A stretch of DNA of 64,000 nt, from NCBI GenBank assembly GCA_050290185.1, contig JBNKHE010000002.1, positions 256,001 to 320,000 on the forward strand, read 5' to 3'. Of the stretch, positions 42,842 through 51,190 are shown piece by piece. The notes under the pieces were generated by a model that worked only from the letters and a program-made list of their open reading frames with translations, ran no database searches and was not told the DNA's origin. This DNA comes from Pontiella sp. (GTDB taxonomy: Bacteria; Verrucomicrobiota; Kiritimatiellia; Kiritimatiellales; Pontiellaceae). The translations under genes were made by a program, and so were the position numbers. Positions within the stretch are counted from its first letter, which is position 1; each line of letters begins with the position of its first letter.

Positions 42842-43393
42842 CTACAAGGCTTGCTTGGTTTCCTTGACGAGGCGTTTGAGCTTGCCGCCAAGTGCGACCT
42901 TCTTGACGTGCGACATGCGGTCGACGAGCAGAACGCCATCCAGATGATCAAGCTCGTGCTGAATCGCACGGGACAGCAATCCCTTGGCATGGATTTTCAC
43001 GGTGTGGCCTTCGAGGTCCATGTATTCCGCATCGACCTCATACCAGCGCTCCACGTTGGCAAAGATTTCGGGGAAGCTAAGACAGCCTTCGGGGCCGACC
43101 TGCACGTCCTCCGTATGGCCGGTGATCTTTGGATTGATCAGGATCATGGGCATGGAAATGTCCGGATTCTCGCGCTGGCCGGCTTCATCGGTATCGCTTT
43201 CCGGCGGAATATCGATCACGAACATGCGCTCGGTGCGGCCGACCTGCTCAGCGGCGAGGCCGACGCCACGCTCCTCGTACATGGTTTCGAGCATGTCCTT
43301 CGCCAGCTCGTGGATTTCGCCGGTTATTTCAGTAACTTCCTCGGCCTTCTTGCGAAGGATCGGATTTCCGTATGTGCAAATGGATAAACTCAT
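42842..43393 (-). CDS. def: Peptide deformylase
   Basis: GVGLAAEQVG, EGCLSFP, QHELDHLDG. Confidence 0.96.
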   Translation of the reverse strand: MSLSICTYGNPILRKKAEEVTEITGEIHELAKDMLETMYEERGVGLAAEQVGRTERMFVIDIPPESDTDEAGQRENPDISMPMILINPKITGHTEDVQVGPEGCLSFPEIFANVERWYEVDAEYMDLEGHTVKIHAKGLLSRAIQHELDHLDGVLLVDRMSHVKKVALGGKLKRLVKETKQAL

Positions 43394-43427
43394 AGGCGCT
43401 AGGTTTTCGTTAAGATGGCGCGGGATG

Positions 43428-44432
43428 TCAATTGAATTTGAATGGAGGCCGGTGCAACCCGTTTTCCGTAACGATGCCGGCAATCAGCTCGTTCGGCGTT
43501 ACGTCGAAGGCCGGGTTGTAGCCCCGAACGCCCTCCGCCGCCCCGATTTCCGCAGGGTCGCGCTGCTCGATGGGAATTAGATCGCCGGTCGCCAGCGAGG
43601 TGTCGATGGTCGAGGTCGGCGCGGCCACATAAAACGGAATGTTATGGTACTTTGCCAGCACGGCCAGCCCGTAGGTGCCGATCTTATTGGCGGCATCGCC
43701 GTTGGCTGCAATCCGGTCAGAACCGACGATAACCATATCGATCTTCCCCTCCTTCATCACCTGCGCCGCCATGCTGTCACAGATCGTCACTACGTCGATG
43801 CCGCCCCGTTGCAGCTCCCAAGCGGTCAGGCGCGAGCCCTGCAGTAACGGCCGGGTTTCGTCGGAATAAACCGTAAATTTCCGTCCTTCGGCATGCGCAA
43901 CATACATCGGCGCAAGTGCGGTACCGAAATCGCCCGTCGCCAACGCCCCCGCGTTGCAGTGCGTCAGAATGCCCAGTCCTTCCTTGATCAAGGGCGCGCC
44001 ATGCTCGCCAATGGCCTGACACATTTGAATGTCTTCTTCCAGAATCGACAACGCCTCCCGAATTAAATCATCCATGCAAGTGCACTTCCGACAGCGGTCC
44101 AACGCCCAAAACAGGTTTACCGCCGTTGGACGCGAAGCCGCGAGCTGATCGGCCAATGCGTTGATTCCTTCGGAGAAATCGCCATCCAGATGCTGGGCGC
44201 AAGCCGCCAATCCCAGCGCGGCGGCGCAGCCGATGGCCGGGGCACCCCGAACCGAAAGCCGCTTGATCGCTGAAACGATTTCTTCGACATCGTCGAGTTC
44301 GAGATAAACCAACTCCTGCGGCAGGCGGGTTTGGTCGATGATCCGCAGCTTGCCGGGCAACAGCTTCACGCCCTCTTCACTGCCAGCGAGCACCTGTCCT
44401 TCGGTAGTTATCCAGCGTACGGTTTCCAACAT
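43428..44432 (-). CDS. mtnA: S-methyl-5-thioribose-1-phosphate isomerase
   Basis: IIDQTRLP, VRGAPAIG, RPTAVNL, THCNAGALAT, ETRPLLQGSRLTAWEL, ANKIGTY, NPAFDVTP. Confidence 0.95.
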   Translation of the reverse strand: MLETVRWITTEGQVLAGSEEGVKLLPGKLRIIDQTRLPQELVYLELDDVEEIVSAIKRLSVRGAPAIGCAAALGLAACAQHLDGDFSEGINALADQLAASRPTAVNLFWALDRCRKCTCMDDLIREALSILEEDIQMCQAIGEHGAPLIKEGLGILTHCNAGALATGDFGTALAPMYVAHAEGRKFTVYSDETRPLLQGSRLTAWELQRGGIDVVTICDSMAAQVMKEGKIDMVIVGSDRIAANGDAANKIGTYGLAVLAKYHNIPFYVAAPTSTIDTSLATGDLIPIEQRDPAEIGAAEGVRGYNPAFDVTPNELIAGIVTENGLHRPPFKFN

Positions 44433-44501
44433 AGAGATATTCCTTTCCTTACGGAATCGCGCTATACCATTCCGCAAAGCGCAAGCGAAGGAAAGGGAGA
44501 A

Positions 44502-45134
44502 ATGAACGAGCAAAAACAAGCCGTAGCCGACTGCATGAACCGTCTCTACCGGCAGGGGCTGACCACCACCTCCGGCGGCAACATTTCCCTGCGCCTTTCC
44601 GAAGACCTCATCCTGCTCACCCCATCCGCCACCGACAAGGGCAACATGACGGCTGACCAGATTGCCGAGATCAGCATGGACGGCACGAACTATACTTCGC
44701 ACCTCAAACCCAGCGGCGAAACCTCGATGCACCTGGAAATCTACAAGCGCCGTCCCGATGTGCAGGCCATCGTCCACGCCCATCCGCCGATGGCCAGCGT
44801 GTTTGCCGTGATCGACAAACCGCTCAATGTCCGCCTGATTGCGGAATCGTACGCCATTCTCGGCACGCCCGCCATCGCGCCCTATGCGCTGACCGGAACG
44901 CAGGAGCTGGCGGATGCCGTGGCCGCTTGCCTAACCGGAAACACCGCCTGCGTCCTGATGAAAAACCATGGAGCTCTGTGTGTTGGCGGCAGCCTCCTCG
45001 AAGCCTTCGACCGCATGGAAGTGCTGGAAAACGCCGCCAAGATCAACCTCTTCGCCGCTCAGCTTGGCGGGGTGCATGAACTGAACGACGCGCAGTGCGC
45101 CGCGCTCGACGATTGGGTTGGACGCCATGGCTGA
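44502..45134 (+). CDS. Class II aldolase/adducin family protein (FucA-like; candidate (methylthio/5-deoxy)ribulose-1-phosphate aldolase)
   Basis: GGNIS, TPS, KPSGE-x-x-MH, VHAHP, NHG; GGGAG RBS; divergent from mtnA. Confidence 0.85.
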   Translation: MNEQKQAVADCMNRLYRQGLTTTSGGNISLRLSEDLILLTPSATDKGNMTADQIAEISMDGTNYTSHLKPSGETSMHLEIYKRRPDVQAIVHAHPPMASVFAVIDKPLNVRLIAESYAILGTPAIAPYALTGTQELADAVAACLTGNTACVLMKNHGALCVGGSLLEAFDRMEVLENAAKINLFAAQLGGVHELNDAQCAALDDWVGRHG

Positions 45135-47502
45135 CATCGTCCTCGCCGCGTTCAACGCCCGCTATGCGCACAGCTCCTTCGGCGCGCGCTACCTGCTCGC
45201 CAACCTTGGCGAAATGCAGGAACAGTCCGAACTGTTGGAGTTCGATCTCGCCGTCCAGCCGCGCATCGCCGTAGAAAAGATCCTCGCGCACCACCCGCGC
45301 ATCGTCGGTATCGGATGCTACATCTGGAACATTGACCTCGCCACCCAAGTCGCCGCCCTGCTTAAAGCCATCCGGCCCGACATCGCCCTCGTTCTCGGCG
45401 GCCCCGAAATCAGCTACGAAACCGAGCAGCAGGAAATCTTCACCTATGCCGACCACGTCATCTGCGGCGAAGGCGAAATCGAATTCCCGAAACTGTGCTC
45501 TGCTCTTTTATGCAGGCGGAACGCCTGCAATACAACGGATGTACCGCAGGCGTCCCGCCTGCCCCGCATCATCCACGCCGAGCCGGTGGATGTATCGCAG
45601 ATCGAGATGCCGTACGAGCTCTATACCGACGAAGACATCGCCCATCGAGCCATCTATGTCGAGGCCTCGCGCGGGTGCCCGTTCCGGTGCGAATACTGCA
45701 TGTCGTCGCTCGATCCGTGCGTGCGCTATTTCCCGAAGGAGCGGTTTCTCGCCGCGATGGGAAAACTGCTCGACCGTGGGGCCCGCACGTTCAAGTTTGT
45801 CGACCGCAGCTTTAATATCGACATCCCCTTCGCGCTGGAAATCCTCGCCTTTTTCCGCGAGCGCTACACGCCGGACATGATGCTCCATTTCGAAGTCATT
45901 CCCAGCCACCTGCCGGACGAACTGATGAATGCCGTCAAGGAATGCTCGCCCGGCATGCTCCAGTTCGAGATCGGCATCCAGACCTTCAACGAAGAGGTCG
46001 CCCACCGCATCCAGCGCCCGCTCAACATCGCAAGGGTCGAAGCCAACATGCGGCGGTTGCGCGCGGAAACGGGCGTGCATATCCATGCCGACCTGATTGC
46101 CGGCTTGCCCGGCGAAGATATGGAAAGCTTTGAAGACGGCTTCAACCGGCTGCTGTCGCTCAATCCACAGGAGATCCAGCTCGGCATTTTGAAGCGCCTG
46201 CGCGGTGCGCCGATCGACCGGCATACCCGTGACTGGGACATGGTCTACAGTCCGCACGCGCCCTACGAAATCCTGCAAACCAGTCTGATCTCCTTCGAGC
46301 AGATGCAACGCATCCAGCGTTTCGCGCGCTACTGGAACCTCACCGTCAACAACGGTCAATTCATCCAAACCGCCCCGCTGATTTGGCAAACCGTACCGCA
46401 GGCGTCCCGCCTGCCCGAGGAAGCCGTACCGACAGGTGATTGCGCGCAAGCAAGCAATCTTCGCCTGCCTCCCGAAACAACCGGATTCAATCCGCACCGG
46501 GAAATTCACCAAACTCGACGCAAACACTATCCCCACTGGACGCAGGATGATTCCACCTATTTCGTGACATTCCGGCTGGCTGATTCGATACCGCAGTCCC
46601 GCATAAAGGAATACGAGGAATTGCGCCGCAAATGGGAAGAACATCATCAACCGCCCTATTCGGAACAGGAACAGATCCGGTTTAACGAGCTGTTCTCAAA
46701 CCGAATCAATGAATGGCTGGATGAAGGCGCCGGCTCCTGCTGCCTGCGTGATCCGGAAATTTCGCGGATGGTGGCCGATACGCTGCGTCACTTCGATGGC
46801 GACCGCTACGACCTGGATGAATGGGTGGTCATGCCCAACCATGTTCATCTGCTGGTACGTCCCCGGGCAGGGCATGAACTTCCGGACATCCTGCATTCTT
46901 GGAAATCGTTTTCAGCCCACGCTATAAACACTTCTCTGAAGCGAACCGGAAAACTCTGGCAGACCGAAAGCTACGACCACATCGTTCGAAACATGGAAGA
47001 ACTGCACCGGATTCGAAGCTATATCCGGAAAAACCCGGAAAAGGCCGGCATTCGTGTTTCCCATGCGGGAAGCAGGCGGGACGCCTGCGATACAGCCCCC
47101 GAGCTGCAGGACGCCCCAGCCGTACCGACAGGTGATTGCGCGCAAGCAAGCAATCTCCGCCTGCCAGAGCAAACCGTACCGCAGGCGTCCCGCCTGCCAC
47201 AGGAGTCATCCCCATTCGCGGCCTTCATGCAGTGGAGCGACTGGCTCTATGCCCAAACCAACACCACCGGTAACCTGCACATGCTGCGGCTCGCCAAATT
47301 GCTGATGCAGTTTCTGACCAAGGAAAAAGGATTGGATCCACAAGCCGTGGCCGAAGCACTCTGGAACGACTACCAGCGTGGAAACCGCCCCGATATTCCC
47401 GGCTTCCTGAAAAAGTTTGGGTTTGGACAAGGCCGGCAAGATGCCGGCGGTACCAACGAACCACAGGCGTCTCGTTTGCCTCGTCAGTCGCGGCACTTGT
47501 AA
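45127..47502 (+). CDS. B12-binding radical SAM protein (DUF4080-type) with an in-frame RAYT transposase insertion
   Basis: N-x-RY-x-HS, YIWN, LGGPE, GEGE, EASRGCPFRCEYC (CxxxCxxC), FEIGIQT, HADLIAGLP; the host C-terminus resumes after the insert at SPFAAFMQWSDWLY. Confidence 0.88.
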   Translation: MADIVLAAFNARYAHSSFGARYLLANLGEMQEQSELLEFDLAVQPRIAVEKILAHHPRIVGIGCYIWNIDLATQVAALLKAIRPDIALVLGGPEISYETEQQEIFTYADHVICGEGEIEFPKLCSALLCRRNACNTTDVPQASRLPRIIHAEPVDVSQIEMPYELYTDEDIAHRAIYVEASRGCPFRCEYCMSSLDPCVRYFPKERFLAAMGKLLDRGARTFKFVDRSFNIDIPFALEILAFFRERYTPDMMLHFEVIPSHLPDELMNAVKECSPGMLQFEIGIQTFNEEVAHRIQRPLNIARVEANMRRLRAETGVHIHADLIAGLPGEDMESFEDGFNRLLSLNPQEIQLGILKRLRGAPIDRHTRDWDMVYSPHAPYEILQTSLISFEQMQRIQRFARYWNLTVNNGQFIQTAPLIWQTVPQASRLPEEAVPTGDCAQASNLRLPPETTGFNPHREIHQTRRKHYPHWTQDDSTYFVTFRLADSIPQSRIKEYEELRRKWEEHHQPPYSEQEQIRFNELFSNRINEWLDEGAGSCCLRDPEISRMVADTLRHFDGDRYDLDEWVVMPNHVHLLVRPRAGHELPDILHSWKSFSAHAINTSLKRTGKLWQTESYDHIVRNMEELHRIRSYIRKNPEKAGIRVSHAGSRRDACDTAPELQDAPAVPTGDCAQASNLRLPEQTVPQASRLPQESSPFAAFMQWSDWLYAQTNTTGNLHMLRLAKLLMQFLTKEKGLDPQAVAEALWNDYQRGNRPDIPGFLKKFGFGQGRQDAGGTNEPQASRLPRQSRHL
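45512..45563. repeat. Intragenic inverted REP doublet
   Basis: GCAGGCGGAACGCCTGCAATAC (45512-45533, minus) and GTACCGCAGGCGTCCCGCCTGCC (45541-45563, plus). Confidence 0.85.
46386..47198 (+). mobile_element. REP-flanked RAYT (TnpA-REP, IS200/IS605-superfamily Y1 HUH) module inside the radical SAM ORF
   Basis: PHW...YFVTFRL, MPNHVH (HUH, 46840-46848), WK-x-FS, WQ-x-ESYDHIVR, YI-x-x-NP (Tyr 47020-47022); flanked by identical 30-bp and near-identical 48-bp direct repeats. Confidence 0.9.
47432..47480. repeat. Degenerate REP doublet at the 3' end of the radical SAM ORF
   Basis: GCCGGCAAGATGCCGGCGGTAC (minus) and GAACCACAGGCGTCTCGTTTGCC (plus, degenerate). Confidence 0.7.
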
Positions 47503-47532
47503 TGCCCGTTCATCTCATCTAGAAAGAACATC

Positions 47533-48393
47533 ATGACCGAAGAAAACAAGAACAGCGGCGGGCAACTGAGTCTACTGGTCGCCATGCAGAACGTTGAGCC
47601 CGTGTGCGAATGGGTGCGCGAAGCGCTGTGCAAGGAACCGATCGAAATGTTGCGACCATTGGCTGATGAGGCGCAGATCGAAGTCTATTTCGACTCCCTG
47701 CTCGAAGCGCAGATTGCGCAAAAGGCCCTACCGCCGGAACTGAACATTCTCGCCGCCGAAGCCAAGGAATATCTGGAGCAGGACTGGACCACCTTCTGGC
47801 AGCACCATTTCAAGACCATGGAACTGGGCCATAACCTGCGGATCGTGCCGGAATGGGAAGAAGCGCCCGAGGATGAGCGAATCAATATCATCATCAATCC
47901 CGGCCTAAGCTTCGGTACCGGAGGGCACTTTACCACCAAATTCTGTCTGGAGGCGCTGGAGCAGGCGGTACAGGAACTGAGGCCAGAAACCATGATCGAC
48001 GCCGGCACCGGCAGCGGGATCCTTTCCATCGCCGCCATCAAACTCGGCATCCCCGACATCGTGGCATTCGACTACGACCCGGTCTGCGTGGATCAATGCA
48101 ACGAGAATGCCGAACGCAACGGTGTGGAGGGAATGATCCACTTTTTCCAGGTCGACGTGCTGGAGCCGGGATGGAACGCCAAACCGGCCGATATCGTCTG
48201 CGCTAATATCCTGACCTCGGTGCTGCTCGACGCCGCGCCGCTGATCAAGCGCGCCGCAAAGAAACGTATCCTGCTCAGCGGCATCCGGGAAATCGAAGCC
48301 GATGCCGTTGCAGAAACCTTCATCCAGCTCGGAGGTCGCGAGGTCTCGCGCGATGGTGACGGGCAATGGTGCGGGCTGGTGATCGATGTCTAA
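47533..48393 (+). CDS. prmA: Ribosomal protein L11 methyltransferase
   Basis: DW-x-x-x-W, INPGLSFGTGGH-x-TT, DAGTGSGILSI, ANIL, LSGI. Confidence 0.9.
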   Translation: MTEENKNSGGQLSLLVAMQNVEPVCEWVREALCKEPIEMLRPLADEAQIEVYFDSLLEAQIAQKALPPELNILAAEAKEYLEQDWTTFWQHHFKTMELGHNLRIVPEWEEAPEDERINIIINPGLSFGTGGHFTTKFCLEALEQAVQELRPETMIDAGTGSGILSIAAIKLGIPDIVAFDYDPVCVDQCNENAERNGVEGMIHFFQVDVLEPGWNAKPADIVCANILTSVLLDAAPLIKRAAKKRILLSGIREIEADAVAETFIQLGGREVSRDGDGQWCGLVIDV

Positions 48394-49342
48394 AAAACGC
48401 AAAAATAAAATCAGCAAGCGGACGCGTCTCGATGGCTATCTGGATCTTTTCATACTGGGTATTTTTACCGCCAGCCTGCTCGGACTCCTTGGACGGCTCA
48501 ACTGGTTTTTCGACCTGTTTTCGCACTTCCGGGTGCAGTACCTGCAACTTTGCCTCATCCCGTTTATCATTGCACTTTGGACACGGCGAAACAAACAAGC
48601 ATTGGCGCTGGTGGTGCTGGTGTGCTTTAACTATGTCTTTGTCCTCCCGCTCTACTTCGGCAAGCCTGCTCCGGCAACAGAGAAACCGATCCGTGCCATG
48701 TTAATGAACATCAACGCCGGCAACGGCAATACGGAGCAGGTGCTGGCGTCGATTGAAGGATTCGCCCCCGATGTCCTGCTGCTGGAGGAGGTGACCCCGA
48801 AATGGGTGCACGAGCTGGAATCGCTGAACGCGACGTATCCCTATCGCATCGCCGAGCCCCAGGAGGGTTGTTTCGGCATGATGCTGCTCAGCAAATATCC
48901 GCTCGAACACGGCAAAGTCGAGCTGATCGGAACAGCCGGTGTTCCTTCGGTCGTTGCCGAGTTGTATTCCCCTCAAGGCGTGATTTCCATCATTGGAACG
49001 CATCCCCTTCCGCCCGTCGGCGCCGAAGGTTCCCGGCAACGAAACATACAGTTGGAAGATCTTCCACGTATTGTGCATCAGCAAGAATATCCTGTACTGC
49101 TCATCGGTGATCTGAACACGACGCCGTGGTCGTCCCACTTTAAGAAACTACTGAATGAATCCGGCCTGAAAAACAGTATGAAGGGATTCGGGCACCAGCC
49201 CAGCTGGCCGGAAAACATGTGGTTCATGCGCATTCCGCTCGATCACATGCTGTATTCCGACGGCATCAAGATCCACAACCGTATGATTGGCCGTGATGTC
49301 GGTTCGGATCACTTTCCAGTGATCGTGGATTTTTCCCTATAG
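48386..49342 (+). CDS. Membrane-anchored endonuclease/exonuclease/phosphatase (YafD-like) protein
   Basis: N-terminal TM helices with LFSHFR-x-QY; DVLLLEE, GDLN-x-TPWS, LDH, GSDHFP. Confidence 0.88.
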   Translation: MSKKRKNKISKRTRLDGYLDLFILGIFTASLLGLLGRLNWFFDLFSHFRVQYLQLCLIPFIIALWTRRNKQALALVVLVCFNYVFVLPLYFGKPAPATEKPIRAMLMNINAGNGNTEQVLASIEGFAPDVLLLEEVTPKWVHELESLNATYPYRIAEPQEGCFGMMLLSKYPLEHGKVELIGTAGVPSVVAELYSPQGVISIIGTHPLPPVGAEGSRQRNIQLEDLPRIVHQQEYPVLLIGDLNTTPWSSHFKKLLNESGLKNSMKGFGHQPSWPENMWFMRIPLDHMLYSDGIKIHNRMIGRDVGSDHFPVIVDFSL

Positions 49343-49405
49343 CAAGGCGCCTCAATAAGATTCCATCTAAAAAGAGTGCATGGCTCCCTTTTCCTGTACA
49401 TGCCA

Positions 49406-49419
49406 TTGAACATGATTAA
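49406..49419 (+). promoter_or_regulatory. Possible Crp/Fnr-family operator upstream of the cytochrome operon
   Basis: TTGAA-CATG-ATTAA versus FNR consensus TTGAT-N4-ATCAA (8/10). Confidence 0.3.
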
Positions 49420-49521
49420 AACTATCACGTTGTAGGACGTGACGGGCGGCCATTCCGCCTGACGTGTTAATCGACTGCGGCCCATCCGCCCATCCTGCAT
49501 GCGTTAGCACCGGGGAAAAAC

Positions 49522-50454
49522 ATGAGTGGGCAACATCAGGGAAGCGGACCTCCGCGCGCGGACTATCGGCATGCATATCCGGTTTTTGTGATCGTCATTA
49601 TCCTGGCGATAGCAGGTCTGGCCGTACGGGCGCATCTTGTTCCGAACACGTTTGGCGAGACCGGATTCTACCGTGGTGGTGATATCACCGATGAACAGCA
49701 GCGCCAACCCCGCTATGCCGGGCAGGCCGCCTGCGAAGAATGCCATGACGATGTGACGGCCATACATGCCAAGGATGTGCACGCTTCCGTTCAATGCGAG
49801 ACCTGCCACGGTCCGGGTACAGCCCACATTGAAGATCTGGATAATACAATGTTTCCAGCCAACCGGAAAGAAGACTGCCTGGTATGCCACCGCCAGCTGG
49901 ACGCCCGGCCGGGCTCATTTCCGCAAGTGGTCTGGACCGAGCACTTCAAGTTTGTCGGTGTCACGGACACCAACATTGCCTGCGTACGCTGCCACTCTGG
50001 CCACGAACCGCTCTTCACGGACCATGATCTCCGCCAGGCACGCCTCCATCCGCTCATTCAGGACTGTGCCGACTGTCATATTGGCCTGACGGATGAACAG
50101 CTCAAGCAACCGGCCGATCATCCGCGAATCTTCCATTGCGCGGACTGCCATCCCACGATTTATGCTTCGTTCATGAAGGACGAACATCGCAGCATCTCCT
50201 GCACCACATGCCATCTCTTCATCAAGGAGAACAACTTCTCCGGACGGATTGTCCGCAACGCCGATCCGCGTTTCTGCCTGCTCTGCCATCGCAAGACCGA
50301 TTTCAAAGTCGAATCAGGCACGCCCAAGATCGACTGGCCGGACCATCTCGGAGAGGTATCGGACGATCCGCCCGACCCGAAGCGGTCCTGCGTGGACTGC
50401 CACATGTTCAACATCCACGACCTCTATCCCAAGGAGAACTCCCATGCCATGTAA
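49522..50454 (+). CDS. Membrane-anchored multiheme cytochrome c (9 CxxCH motifs)
   Basis: N-terminal TM segment; CEECH, CETCH, CLVCH, CVRCH, CADCH, CADCH, CTTCH, CLLCH, CVDCH. Confidence 0.9.
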   Translation: MSGQHQGSGPPRADYRHAYPVFVIVIILAIAGLAVRAHLVPNTFGETGFYRGGDITDEQQRQPRYAGQAACEECHDDVTAIHAKDVHASVQCETCHGPGTAHIEDLDNTMFPANRKEDCLVCHRQLDARPGSFPQVVWTEHFKFVGVTDTNIACVRCHSGHEPLFTDHDLRQARLHPLIQDCADCHIGLTDEQLKQPADHPRIFHCADCHPTIYASFMKDEHRSISCTTCHLFIKENNFSGRIVRNADPRFCLLCHRKTDFKVESGTPKIDWPDHLGEVSDDPPDPKRSCVDCHMFNIHDLYPKENSHAM

Positions 50455-51190
50455 CTGCAACTTGAACCGACGGAATCTGCTCCGGCGGACGGCGACCAGC
50501 GCCGGGGGACTGTTCATCCTGTGGACGCTCCCCGCTCTGGCATCCTTTAAGACCAACAAGAACAGGAAGGGCCCCTACTACGCCTATGCGGTAGATACCT
50601 CCCGTTGCATCGGCTGCTGCGCATGCATGCGCGCGTGTCGCGCGGAAAACGATGTGCCCGACAGCTACTTCCGGACCTGGGTCGAACGCTATCGTGTTCG
50701 TGCGAACGGCGAGGTCGAAGTCGATGTGGCCACGAAGGATGATTTTATCTTCAAGGAAGCAGAAAAGGAACATGTGGCTAAAGCCTTCTTCGTGCCCAAG
50801 CTATGCAACCACTGCGAACAGTCGGTCTGCGTCCAGGTCTGCCCCGTTGGAGCCACGTACAACACGCCGGACGGGGTGGTGCTGGTGGACCACAAACGAT
50901 GCATCGGGTGCGGATATTGCGTACAGGCCTGCCCGTACGGTTCCCGCTTCATCAACCCGGAAATCCACATGGCGGATAAATGCACCCTCTGCTACCACCG
51001 TATCAAGCGGGACTTGAAACCAGCCTGCGTGCAGGCCTGCCCCAAGCAGGCCCGCATCTTCGGAGACCTGAACAATCCGGACGACCCGCTCAGCATCATG
51101 CTTAAGCAACGCCGGTTTCGCCTATTGAAGCCGGAGATGGGCACCCATCCCAAATGCTACTATCTGGAACTCGACTTCGAGGTCGTATAA
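50444..51190 (+). CDS. NrfC/DmsB-like 4Fe-4S protein with Tat signal
   Basis: AAGGAG RBS; NRRNLL twin-Arg signal; CIGCCACMRAC, CNHC...CVQVCP, CIGCGYCVQACPY, KCTLC...CVQACP. Confidence 0.9.
   Translation: MPCNCNLNRRNLLRRTATSAGGLFILWTLPALASFKTNKNRKGPYYAYAVDTSRCIGCCACMRACRAENDVPDSYFRTWVERYRVRANGEVEVDVATKDDFIFKEAEKEHVAKAFFVPKLCNHCEQSVCVQVCPVGATYNTPDGVVLVDHKRCIGCGYCVQACPYGSRFINPEIHMADKCTLCYHRIKRDLKPACVQACPKQARIFGDLNNPDDPLSIMLKQRRFRLLKPEMGTHPKCYYLELDFEVV

Noticed and set aside
44433..44783. Long N-terminal extensions in the ORF track (mtnA; likewise lpxB, lpxI, ruvC, def, NrfC-like, RCC1 gene)
   Set aside because: They overlap neighbouring genes or repeats; downstream starts match family N-termini and RBS positions.
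46386..47198. Insert as an intein or self-splicing intron/IStron
   Set aside because: No Cys/Ser start with His-Asn end, no group I/II structure and no TnpB; the insert is fully explained by REPs plus RAYT. RNA-level removal is not excluded without data.
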